Below are positions 1-11,700 of a stretch of 64,000 nt of DNA, piece by piece (the stretch's first letter is position 1; each line of letters starts with the position of its first letter). A program made the position numbers and the translations under genes. A model generated the notes under the pieces. It worked only from the letters and a program-made list of their open reading frames with translations. It was not told the DNA's origin and did no database searches. The DNA comes from Glycera tridactyla (Eukaryota): NCBI GenBank assembly GCA_965644265.1, contig OZ286469.1:70246001-70310000 (forward strand), in the 5' to 3' direction.

Positions 1-1216
1 TTGTTGGCAGGTTGTCCCACTATTAGACAGTGTATGAGGTTTTTAGGCACTGTCGAATCTTGTCGTCTGGGTGTGTTGTATACTCATCTGTATAAACATT
101 TGATTCAGATTGAGCAAAATGAAGCTGTCAAATTCAACAAAGGCGCCCTAGATAACAGAATGCAGTTATCTCAGGAAGCTCTAGCTGACGTGTCCTGGTG
201 GTTAGAGCATGCATTTTATTGTCCCAAGCCTATTTTAATTAGGCCTATTGAATTGTTCATTTGGACTGATGCTTCTTATGATGGCTGGGGTGCAGCCAAC
301 TATGAGATTTCTACAAATGGTAAATGGAGTCCTGTTGAATCTGATTTACACATTAACAGCTTGGAGCTTCTTGCCATTAAATATGGTTTGTGTTCTTTGT
401 ACAAAGATGTTACTAACACTCATATGCATGTCAAATCAGATAACACTACTGCTATCAGTTATATCAATGACATGGGAGGTTGTAAGTCCAGGATCCATAA
501 CCTTATTGCTAGGGAGATTTGGACTTGGGCTGCAAACAGAAGTATTTTCTTATCAGCCTCCTATATAGCAAGTTCTGAGAACGTGCTGGCAGATTTAGAG
601 AGTAGACTGCACAATGAGAGGACGGAGTGGGAATTTGGACCCAATGATTTTCAATTGGATCTGTCAATTACTTGATTTCCGTCCTTCTGTTGATTTATTT
701 GCTAGTAGATTGAATTTCCAGCTCCCTAAGTATGTTTCGTGGAGACCTGATCCTTTAGCTTTTGCTACAGATGCATTTTTGTTCGACTGGAATAATGATT
801 GTGATCATTATGCTTTTCCGCCATTCAGTATCATTTCCCGAGTTCTCCAGAGAGTGATGGGACACGGAGGACTCGTTCTGTTGGTTGTCCCACTGTGGTC
901 GACACAACCATGGTTTTCTCAGTTTCTCAGCATACTGGTCGACTTTCCAGTATTGCTTCCAAATCGGATCAATCTACTCCGACTGCCTTTCGACAAAGAC
1001 AGGGTACATCCGCTATATCCACATCTGAAGCTGGTAGCAGGAATTGTCTCCGGGAATTGCTCCAGAGTATCGGAATTCCATCGGAGATTGCGGATGTATG
1101 CCTGCAATCATGGAGTATTGGCACTCAATTGCAATATGGGTGTTACCTACGGCAATGGTCAGCATTTGCGCGCCAGAGGGGATTTGATCCCATTTCACCT
1201 GTGGACAGGGAAATAG
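1..1216 (+). pseudogene. DIRS pol ORF (RT C-terminus, RNase H, MT-like domain) broken by one +1 frameshift
   Basis: RNase H motifs WTDAS..GWGA, HINSLELLAI, SDNTTAISYIN, ENVLADLESR in 1-675; MT-like motifs DLFAS and YAFPPF in 614-1216. Removing one T of the TTT at 634-636 fuses them as ...RTEWE-LDPMIFNW... Confidence 0.9.
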
Positions 1217-2019
1217 CCCAGTTTCTTCTTGAACTAAAGAATAGAGGCCTTACATATAGTACAATCAATACTGCTAAAGCTGCTATTTTTAATGTTATGT
1301 CATTCAAACAGAATAAGATGCCTCAATCTTATCTTATTGACCGTTTCATGAAGGGGATTTCTGATAGTCAACCCTCTTCGAGAACTTTTGCTGAAATCTG
1401 GGATCCTGATATGGTTCTTGAGTATATCAGGTCTCTCCCAGATAATGAATCTCTTACTCTTAGAAATCTGACACATAAATTGGCTATGTTGTCTGCTTTG
1501 GTCACTGGCCAAAGAGCTCAAACATTACATGTTTTGAGTATAGATTTAATGAAGATTTCGAGTAGCTGTGCTTGTTTCACGATACTATCTAGACTCAAGA
1601 CGAAGAAAAAGGGGGTTCCCTTTGTTCTTCATTTCCCAGCATATCAAGAGAAGAAATTATGTATACTTTCCTGTCTCCGCTCTTATCTTAGTAGAACTAA
1701 AAATCTAAGACAATCAGGAAGTAGTCAATTGTTCATTATCACTCAAAGACCGTATTCTCCCGCAACGAGAGATACATTGAAAAGGTGGATTAAGATAATG
1801 ATGCTAGCCTCGGGTATTGATGTAAACGTATATACATCACACAGTACTAGGTCTGCTTCGACTAGCAAGGCCTCTCATTCTTTGCCCATTACTTCAATTA
1901 TGAAGGCAGCAGGATGGGCTGGACATTCTACATTTGCAAGGCATTATCACAGGCCGATTCATCTACACGACGAGTTTGCAAGTGCTGTATTGAATAGGAC
2001 TCAAATACAGCATAAGTAG
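895..2019 (+). CDS. DIRS tyrosine recombinase (phage integrase family), 374-aa open frame
   Basis: N-terminal SAM-like region (TQLQYGCYLRQW...YSTINTAKAAI) plus catalytic residues R (TGQRAQTL), K (LKTKKKG), HxxR (HSTRSAS), W (AAGW), Y (FARHY). No internal stops; true start codon uncertain. Confidence 0.93.
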   Translation: MVDTTMVFSVSQHTGRLSSIASKSDQSTPTAFRQRQGTSAISTSEAGSRNCLRELLQSIGIPSEIADVCLQSWSIGTQLQYGCYLRQWSAFARQRGFDPISPVDREIAQFLLELKNRGLTYSTINTAKAAIFNVMSFKQNKMPQSYLIDRFMKGISDSQPSSRTFAEIWDPDMVLEYIRSLPDNESLTLRNLTHKLAMLSALVTGQRAQTLHVLSIDLMKISSSCACFTILSRLKTKKKGVPFVLHFPAYQEKKLCILSCLRSYLSRTKNLRQSGSSQLFIITQRPYSPATRDTLKRWIKIMMLASGIDVNVYTSHSTRSASTSKASHSLPITSIMKAAGWAGHSTFARHYHRPIHLHDEFASAVLNRTQIQHK

Positions 2020-2220
2020 GACTATGAATGCTGTTCATAAGTTTTGTGAATGCTCATATGGCGATTGAAACTTTATGTTATTCTACAAAGAGTAGAATAT
2101 TCAGTAATGTTGCGGAATGAATTCCTCACAAGAATCCTAGAATATAGGAAGATATCTAGGAAGGACATGCTACAGCATGGAAGATCACCTAAGTGGTAAG
2201 CTCATTCTATTTATGGGTAA

Positions 2221-2522
2221 GCTTTGAACTCTCCTGTGAAACGAGTAGCGATTTCACAAATGTTGGTTTGTTAAACGAGACTTACCTTAGTAAGTAGTAA
2301 GTTTGACAGACAACATTTGGGAAATCAGCTACGAGAGTTCACAGGCCCGCCGCTGAACCCACCCAATGGTGAACTCTCTCATAAATAGAATTCGTGCTTT
2401 AAAATGTGAGGATTTATACGTGCGAAGGTGGCGCCCTCTCTCCTGTGAACTCTCGTAGCTGATTTCCCAAATGTTGTCTGTCAAACTTACTACTTACTAA
2501 GGTAAGTCTCGTTTAACAAACC
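2221..2522. repeat. DIRS internal complementary region plus right ITR/extension
   Basis: 2265-2345 is the exact reverse complement of 2442-2522; 2231-2264 is a diverged direct match to 2440-2474. Confidence 0.92.
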
Positions 2523-2750
2523 ATTTTCGTACATGTAAGTAGCAGTAGCAAATTTATCATAGATGCAGAAGTTTAGGAGTGAGGCCATTGTTACTCTGAC
2601 ACAGTCTCAGAATGTTATAGTTCCTTTTTGTACCTCACCTACCTTGACTCACAGAACCAAAACTACCATCCACTAACTTGTGACTCTGTTGAAGCAACTG
2701 TGGGTATGACACCTGGGTTTATGTTTTGATAATGGTCTTTGTCAATTCAG

Positions 2751-5700
2751 GCCAAGAAGCAGAAAGCCGAACTTGATGCTTTGGAGAAGAAGCAACAAGA
2801 AGTACAAACATCAGAGAGTTATGTTGGTCAGTATCACATATTCTGTTCACTGATTACTTACTTTTAATCTACAGTCCAACCTGGTCTAACGACCACCTCT
2901 ATATAACGGATCCCTGTCTATAGCGACCACTATCGGTAACGACCGTCGTATTTTCTCTTTATCTCACCTGTATATAGCGACCACCTCTCCAACGTGACCA
3001 CCGACCGCCATTTCGATGCCTGGTAATCGAAAATACCTGCGTATAACGACCGTCCCCGTGAGCCGATATTCGGTAATTGAGCAAGGCGAGTGGTGATACA
3101 TCAAAGGCAATCGTGTAGACAAGCCAATTCGCGGCTTACCCCGGCTATTGTTGGTTCGTTCGCGCCTTCATACTTCGCTGATTCACGGGTACAATCCATG
3201 CTGAGGTGATCTAGTCACAAGTCGGAAGACCCGGATGTATGAGAAAACACGAAACCAAAATACCTAATTTGCATACGGCCTTGACCTCATCACCTGCTCG
3301 AGATGGCGGAACTTTCTGGAATTGTTGTTTCCGTTCAATGTTTTCATCACGTTTATGGCGAAATCGTCAGGATTTTCTCAAAAACGATCATCAACCGTGC
3401 AAGTAGAGTGGCCATTTGTGTGTTTGTTACTATTTATTGGCATCCGGGTTTATTCTGGTCATTTCCAAGCAGGATCGGGATTCGAGAAGAATGTTGTTGT
3501 CAGCGGCATATCAGGAGTCTGACGTTCTGGTTCTGATTCTGGTACGATTCTGATCTGCATATAACGACCACCTGCTCATAACGACCATTTTCCGACCTGA
3601 CCATCCGTGGTCGCTATAGACAGGTTTGACTGTATATATCACGTATTCTATTGTTATTTTTCACAAGTGATACTACTCTGCAAAAGCAAGATTCATTTTA
3701 CTCTATCGCGAATACTAGCTCAGCTACTGCTTGAAATTGGCACCATTGAAATTTGTGTCCTTCGAAGGTTGGCATTTCCGAATTTGTAGAGAAAAATTAC
3801 GACATGCTTGTAGCCTGTGAAAATATGTAATTAAGACTATTATTAGTATTTTATATAAATACAAGTGGATACTCAATTTGTCTATTAATGTTATATAAAG
3901 GATTATGAGATATTGAGATCGGGTGGATATCCACCATACATGCTACATGCCCTGAATGATAAACCACCAACAAATTTCATCATAGAAAGAAACATCCAAG
4001 AGATTGTGATTCATTTGATACATACCAATTTCTGATGGAGACTGACTGGTCCATGATTGTTGGATCGATGGATTGTCACAGTCAGATGTGAATGACATCA
4101 TGGCCTATCATTCGCTTGGATCAGCAATGAACCTGTCATCTTGATCACATGCACAGGATTGGTTGACTGCTGAGAATTTTCCACGTCGCTGAACTTGTCC
4201 CATACTTCCAATACATTTGTGTCCACCTAGCATGAAATCACTGACAAAAACTCTGCTAAAATCAGATGAATCTTTGCTAGGTATGTTGGTCAATTAGTGA
4301 CTTTCTGCACTGATAGAGAACATGGCCAGGGCTAAGTTTATATGACCTGGTAACATATTTTTGTTTCATTATAGATGCATTGGCATTGATCGAAGAAAAG
4401 CAAAATCTTGTCTCCAATCAGAGAACTGAGATGACGTCACTTGAGAACGAGATCGACAGTGAACAAGCTGCCGAACTTGAGAAGCTTTATGAAGAAAGCA
4501 CTGAGAAGACCAAAGCTGAAGTTGAAAGGGAGAAGCAGTCAGTCTTGAAGTCACTCGAGAGCAAAGGTTTGCCTTCTACTCATCACATTGACATTTGTTT
4601 TAGAGGGTGTGCAAGGGTTATTGAATTTCACTTGGCTGGAGTATTCAACTGTGCAGTTACCTTCCTATGAATGTTTGTTGCTTGGGCGGAGTGTAAACAC
4701 CCGAGGGGCATTATGTTTTTGAATCAACTCTGGTGTGGTTGGGTGGGTGAATGATTGTTTGCGGGCGATGACCATAAAAAGTTTCAGGGCAAGCCATCTC
4801 ATATTTGGCATACAGACCCTCCTAGGGTATGACAAGAGATCAATTGGTTTTGAGGCGGCTAAAAATCTATAGATGTCTTGCCATAGCTTAGGACAGTCTG
4901 TACACGAAAGTTTCAGGGCTAACCTTCTGAAACTTGTTGTACAGACTCTCCCAGGCTATGGCGAGGCACCTTTGAATTTTGGGATAGCCATCTTGAACTT
5001 CAAGGTCATTGAGTGTGAAAAGGTATTATTTTTATACGCCATCGGGCGTATTATGTTATGGCGCTGTCCGTCCGTCTGTCCGTCTGGAGTAACATTTCCG
5101 GACGATAACTCAACAAGTTCTAGAGCTTCTGAATTGCCACTTGGTATACCTAATCACCTTGGGTCTGGGAGAAAGCCTTTCGATTGTGGGGTTGCGACCT
5201 TGATTTTCAAGGTCGCTGAGTGCAAAAAAGTCAAATCTCTGGTTCGGACCATTTCCAGACGATAACTCAAAAAGTTTTAGAGCTTTTGATTTGCCACTTG
5301 GTATACCTAATCACCTTGGGTCTGGGAGGAAGCCTTACGATTGTGGGGTTGCGACCTTGATTTTCAAGGTCGCTGAGTGCAAAAAGGTCAAATCTCTGGT
5401 CCGGACCATTTCCGGATGATAACTCAAAAAGTTTCAGAGCTATCGATTTGCCACTTGGTATACCTAATCACCTTGGATCTGGGAGGAAGCCTTTCGATTG
5501 TGGGGTTGTGACCTTGATTTTCATGGTCACTGAGTGCAAAAAAGTCAAATCGCATATCCAGACAATATCTGCATGAAACCCTCAAAATAGTTTGAAAGTT
5601 ATTGATTTCGAAATGTTCATGTATTCACCTGGGTTAGGAAAGAGCCCTATCCATATCAGCCTCATAGCTATTGATTTGAAACTTAGTATATCTATTCACC

Positions 5701-8700
5701 TTGGGTCTAGGAAGATGCTCATTGATTTCACAGTCATAACCTTTGATCCCAGTCACCGAGTGCAAAAAGATAAAATCCTATTGCAGACAATTTCTGGATG
5801 AAAATAGTCTGTGTCACTAGTCACAGCAATAAAGGTCAAATCCCATTCCAGATGAAAAAAGTCTGCCTCACTAATCGCGGCGATGGCGTACTATGCCCCG
5901 CTTTGCGGTGCTCTTGTTCTCCATATATTTCACTTCTCTCATGTACTCTTCCTGTGGCAAGCATGCACACTCACAGAGTGCATCTAATTCTCATTATATT
6001 ATCATTGAATTCCAGGTGTTGATGAAGACCAGCTGAATAAGTTGATGAGCAAACATGAGAAAGAAGTTGAAAAGCTTGAAACAGAACGAGAAAGGCAGAA
6101 GGCAGACCAAGATGCCAACTTCAAGGTAAATTTACTATGAATGACTTATTTCCAGGTTCACTCTAGAATCAAGGTAAATTTACTATGAATGACTTATTTC
6201 CAGGTTCACTCTAGAATGGAAAGCCTTTTAGCAAAATGGAAATCCTTTCAGCAATTCAGAAAGTGTTTCGTTGAATCAGTTCACCAAAATGAAAAATATT
6301 AATGACATTCTCATGCCGAATCAATTTCTTTGGCATTTTTCCACCAAGACAAATGCAACTAGGAAATTGTTCATCTACAATGAAACACCACCACCAACAC
6401 TTTTGTGCTATCAGAAATGAAATTTTCTCTGGCAAATCCAAATTTTCTTTAGTACTTTACTTCTCTGATTAGCTATAGACAGAACCCTGATAATTTAGAG
6501 ACAATAATGCATTTTCATATGAATGCTATCTACTTCCTAATTCGGACTCATTTAGCATCCCTCCCCCATCCCTGAATTCCCAACTCACTTCCACTTTGCC
6601 TCTCCTTATTTCATAATTGAAATATCCTTTGGTCAGAAAACATCTATTGAGGTCTTCGGGAAGCATCATTACAGACATCCTTGACAGGAAAAAATTACTT
6701 TTCCTTAACTTTATTGCAGAGGAGGGTTATGCACTCGACTATCACATATAACACTCAAAAAATATGCAGTCATCTCTAACTATCAGTGATAGATTTGATC
6801 CCATGATTTATTGCTTCATTTGCATTTTCAAGGCAACTTTGGAGAAGCGTCGACGAGAATGGGCCGCTAAAAAAGAACGTGAATCCAAGGAAGCTGAAGC
6901 TCTCCGGGAACAGGAGGAGGAGATTGTCAGGTGAGAAGAGACGCATTAGTCAAGATAAAGGAAACTTCCAACACTCAGAGTTAGTCAAGTAGACAAGATG
7001 CTTCCATAAATCCATCCTAATTCTTTCATCCATTCATGGGTGCATAATCCCAGAGTTTGAACATGATCATGTGGCAAGTTGAGCATCTCAACATATTGGC
7101 GGGAGATAGCGTCTGCTCTAGTCTCTACTTTGTGAGGAGTGCTGGGGTTGAGTATACACTGCTTCAGATATAACCACAGAACCATTGTTTTCTCTGTGTT
7201 AATGGGATGCTGTGTTCAGAGAAGGTGTGCCATTGTTATAATGGCAACGCCATTATATTTGGATTTATCTCACTTGGTTTTTGCAAAATGACATGGTTTT
7301 TAGCGAACTTCACTTCATAGCGCGAAAACCGTCGCTCGCACAAACTTTGATCTCCATAGCTAAGAATCTCTGAGGTCAGATGCACGCGTCCATCTAAGTT
7401 TCGTCTTGATCCGGGTCGAAGTTCAAGGTCGTTTGGGCCCTCGAAAATAGGCGCTCATAGCATCACATGCAAATTTCGAGCGTCCATATTTCATGAGTAT
7501 GTCATCCGTTCGGAATGATGTTTGGCACACAACTTCTTTCCTAAAGTGTCTACAATTTCACCCAATGTGGTTGACCTTGGAGCATTTTCAAGGTCGTGAG
7601 AATGAAAACAATTTTTTTTGGTCAAATTTCCGTACGGAAATTTCTCGTTTGAAATAGAATGCTCAACCATGTGTCACATATCAACGCGTGCGTATTGCAA
7701 TTCTTCCGATACTACATTTCTTCGTTTTTTGAATTTCAGCCTTGTTTTCGATTTTTTTGGGGAAAGCCATTTTTTACATAGGGTTCCATGCATTCCCCAC
7801 AGAAGTGACTACTGGTGCTAGAATGACAGAATTTGCACGAAAATGTGCGGAATAAAAAACATAAGCTTCATGTGGGGACCATATTGCTGAAAAAAATGTA
7901 TCCATAAATCGCCATTGAAAAACGTTGAACTTGTCATCGATAATACAGTACTTCTTTGTAGTTGGCGTTCCGACAGCTTGATGTCTTGACGTAGGGTTCC
8001 ACACCACGTTATGGCCCGAATTTCGCGAAATTTTTCGCGAGTAGAACGAGAAGCGATGGAACGAACGTATTCTGCTGGGATTACTCTATACAATTCGCAG
8101 AGATGCCGCCAGGCCGCGTGATCGCGGGATGCTCGCGATTCCTCTATCATCGCCCGCACTCCATTAGTATGACTGCGCGAACGAAAACGCTAAATCCCGT
8201 GATCAAATTTAGCCAGTGCGCAAACAAAAATCGAGAAATATGCGGAAAACGTCGAGTCATTTTTTCAGATACGATATTCGGCCATCTTGATCGAGAACTG
8301 CGCAGCTTTTGCCGTAAGACTCGTAAAATAGTTCCCGATAATTCCGTGACGTGGCGCTGTTTGCTTCTTGGTTGAGGCGATCGCAGCGCCACTCGGCTCG
8401 TAGTGAGAATAATGCGAACTATCAGCAGCTTCGTTTTGGCGCGAAAATTTGAATGCTAGTATGGTGAACGTGTCAGATTGACTAAGTACCCAGTCAGTGA
8501 GGGGTTATTCCAATAATAGTCATTGTGCTCAAACCACCTTCCCTAAAAGGCAACTTTCCTACTAAAACCACTTTTTTTCCATACCAGTTTCACAGATTCA
8601 ACATATTTTTATAAATCAAATATTATTTGATTTCTATTTGAATTGGCTATAGTGTCCTACAATTTAATGTCATAATACCACTTCTAGATATTGAAAAAGG

Positions 8701-11700
8701 TTCCTGAAAATTGGAAATGAAGATCCCCCCTTCGTTAGTCAGATCCCCTCATCTCGGAAGTCGGGGGGGGGGGGGGAAATTCCCCCTCCGGGGTAAAATC
8801 CTGGAAGCATCTCTGAATTTGTGTAAAAGCCGTGATGAGAGATGTTTCACCTTCTCACAAATCCGATCGAAAGTATTTTTTCATAACGCGATGTTGTCGG
8901 CGCCTCGAGCAAGATGGCGGCCGGATGCGAGAACGAGGCTAGAAATCGGGTCTTGCTTCCGCTGAAGGGTACAAGAAACCGGCCGCCGCCATCTTGAATC
9001 CAATTATCATCGAGCTGAGGGAAGCCGAACACGTACGGAAATCACTGAATCTAACGACAAGATGCGCGAATCTGCGCAATAACAGACACTTCACTCAACG
9101 TTTATTCGGCGAAATGTTACCTAATATAACATTAATATGATGTGAGAATACATGCTGTTTTGAAAATTGTGACCAGACCGTGAAGAAAGCGCCGAATATT
9201 GGCGATTTGCGAACTTTTTTCGGACACGTCGGTTTCGGTAGTGTTTGGCCATAACCAGGTCATGCGATGCCACGGGTGATCCCACCGGGGGCGGACGGAC
9301 GTCAGCTCGAGGTTCCAAAATGAGGGCTGCCCCCTCCCCCCACACTCGAAGATCTGCGACGTGTGTCAGATCTGAATGCATGAAGTAGCCATTGGCGGCG
9401 ACAGGTGGTGGTGGTGACAGTGGTCCATGGTGGTGGTGGTTGATGATGGTGGGGGTGGTTCATGGTAAAGGTGGTGGTGGTCCATGGTTTTGTTAGTTGT
9501 GGTCCATGGTGGTTGTTTTGGTCCATGGTGGTGGTGGTGGATTATGGTAGTGTTGGTGGTCCATGGTGGTGGTCCATGGTGATGGTGGTCCATGGTGGTT
9601 GTTTTGATCCATGGTGGTGGGGGTAGTGGTCTATGGTTCATGGTAGTGTTGGTACATGGTGGTGGTGATGGTGGCGGTTCATGTTGGTGGTGGCAGTGGT
9701 CCATGATTGTGATGGTCTATGGTGGTGTTGGTGGTGGCCCATGGTGGTGGTCCATGGTGGTGTTGGTGGTGGTCCATGGTGATGGTGGTGGCCCATGGTG
9801 GTGGTCCATGGTTGTGGTGGTGGTGGTGGGCCATGGTGGTGGTGTCTGCGGTGGTCCATGGTGGTGGTGGTGGTGGTGGTCCACGGTGGTGGTGGTGGTC
9901 TGTGGTGGTGGTGGTGGTGGTGGTCCATGCTGGTGGTAGTTGTGGTTCATGGTGGTGGTCCATGGTGGTGTTGGTGGTCCATGGTGGTGGTGGTGGTGAT
10001 GGCAGTGGTCCATAGTGGTGATGGTGATGGTCCATGGTGGTGGTCCATGGTTGTGGTGGTGGTGGTGGGCCATGGTGGTGGTGTCTGCGGTGGTCAATGG
10101 TGGTGGTGGTGGTGGTGGTCCATGCTGGTGGTAGTTGTGGTTCATGGTGGTGGTGGTCCATGGTTTCAGTAGTTTGGTCCATGGTGGTTGTGGTGGTCCA
10201 TGGTGGTTGCGGGGTCCATTGTGGCGGTGATGGTGGTTGTGGGTCCATGGTGGTGGTAGTTGTGGTCCATGATGGTGGTGTTGGTGTTCCATGCTGGTGT
10301 TGGTGGTCCATGGAGGTTGTGGGGTCCATGGTGGTGGTGGTGGTTGATGATGCAGGGATGTGCTTTTCCCATTTAAAAAAAAATCGAATTCCGTTTTTAA
10401 AATTGTGTTTTCGGTAACGTCGGTTTTAAAAAGAGCCGTTTCCATGATTTTCCGCTTTAAATGTCCAATTTCATCACGAAAATAGCCTTTTCTATGATTT
10501 TTCACGGAGAAATAGCTTGAATTCCGTTTTTAAAATTGTGTTTTCGGTAACGTCGGTTTCAAAAAGAGCCATTTCCATGATTTCCGCTTCAAATGTCCAA
10601 CTTCATCAAGAAAATAGCCTCTCTATGATTTTTCACGGAGAAGTTGCATGATAATCATCCAATAGCATTTAGGACTACCATCCACCACCACCCCAACTCA
10701 AGCAATACACACCACCACCAACCCAACACAACCACCACCACCCTCACCACAACCAACACCCACTATCTTCATCACCACCCCCATCACCGCCCACCTCCAA
10801 GAACACATTGTTCGGACAGGTTGGGGGGGGGGGGGGGGGGTAGTGGCAAGCCCTCCTTCAGGAATCTGGGGCAGCGGTCCTCCTGGTGCGAGTCATAAGC
10901 AAGCCACCCTTGGATTTTGGTTCCCAAAAAGTTTGTCAAATTGCCGTTATTCACGCTCTCCGCCACAACTGCCTGCAACTTACCAGCACGACTTCAGGAG
11001 GGAAACACCCTCATTTGCATGATAAATGATCGTGTCGCAGTTGCGCAACTCCGTCATACTTTATTCCCTACATTACCCTTCCAGCTTTCAATTTTTTTAT
11101 TCAATATCATGTTTGATTCACACTTGCTGGGTACGAGTTCACATGCGCCAGAACATGGTGAGGCACGGGATGGTTAGGATTGGGGTTTATTCACGTCAAA
11201 ATCATGATGACGTCATCGGGGAACCCTTATCCATTGAGTTGTTGGTTGGTTTTTCATACAGGATTCGCTAAATAAACAGTGGTTTTTCATGGAAATTCCG
11301 CTTTTTATCAGATTTCCGCAACCTTGCCGTTTTCATGAGTGTTTCCATGATTGTGCCACAAAAGTGGCAATTTCCGTTAAAACCGACGTTTTTCCGTTAA
11401 AAACGGAAAAAGCACATCCCTGATGATGGTGGGGGTGGTCTATGGTTTTGTTAGTTGTGGTCCATGGTGGTCCATGGTGGTGGGCCATGGTGGTGGTGGT
11501 GGTCCATGGTTGTGGTGGTGGTGGTGGTGGTGGTGGTGGTGGTCCATGGTGGTGGTAGTTGTGGTTCATGGTGGTGGTCCATGGTTTTGTTAGTTGGGGT
11601 CCATGGTGGTGGTGGTGATGGTGATGGTCCATGGTGGTGGTGGTGTTGGTCCATGGTGGTGGTGTTGTTGGTCCATGGTGGTGGTGGTGGTCTATGGTGG

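Larger units (their letters stand above)
1..2522 (+). mobile_element. DIRS1-type tyrosine recombinase retrotransposon, 3' portion (5' end lies upstream of window)
   Basis: Order RT/RNase H, methyltransferase-like domain, overlapping tyrosine recombinase ORF, then internal complementary region and right terminal repeat (perfect 81-bp inverted pair 2265-2345 / 2442-2522). This is the established DIRS1 layout. Confidence 0.95.

Noticed and set aside
5104-5575. 157-bp repeats as a CRISPR array
   Set aside because: Units are head-to-tail with no unique spacers, in a eukaryotic intron, with no cas genes.
7818-8392. 113-aa and 81-aa minus-strand ORFs as a transposase
   Set aside because: The first crosses the boundary of the 8098-8815 insertion and neither has a recognisable motif.
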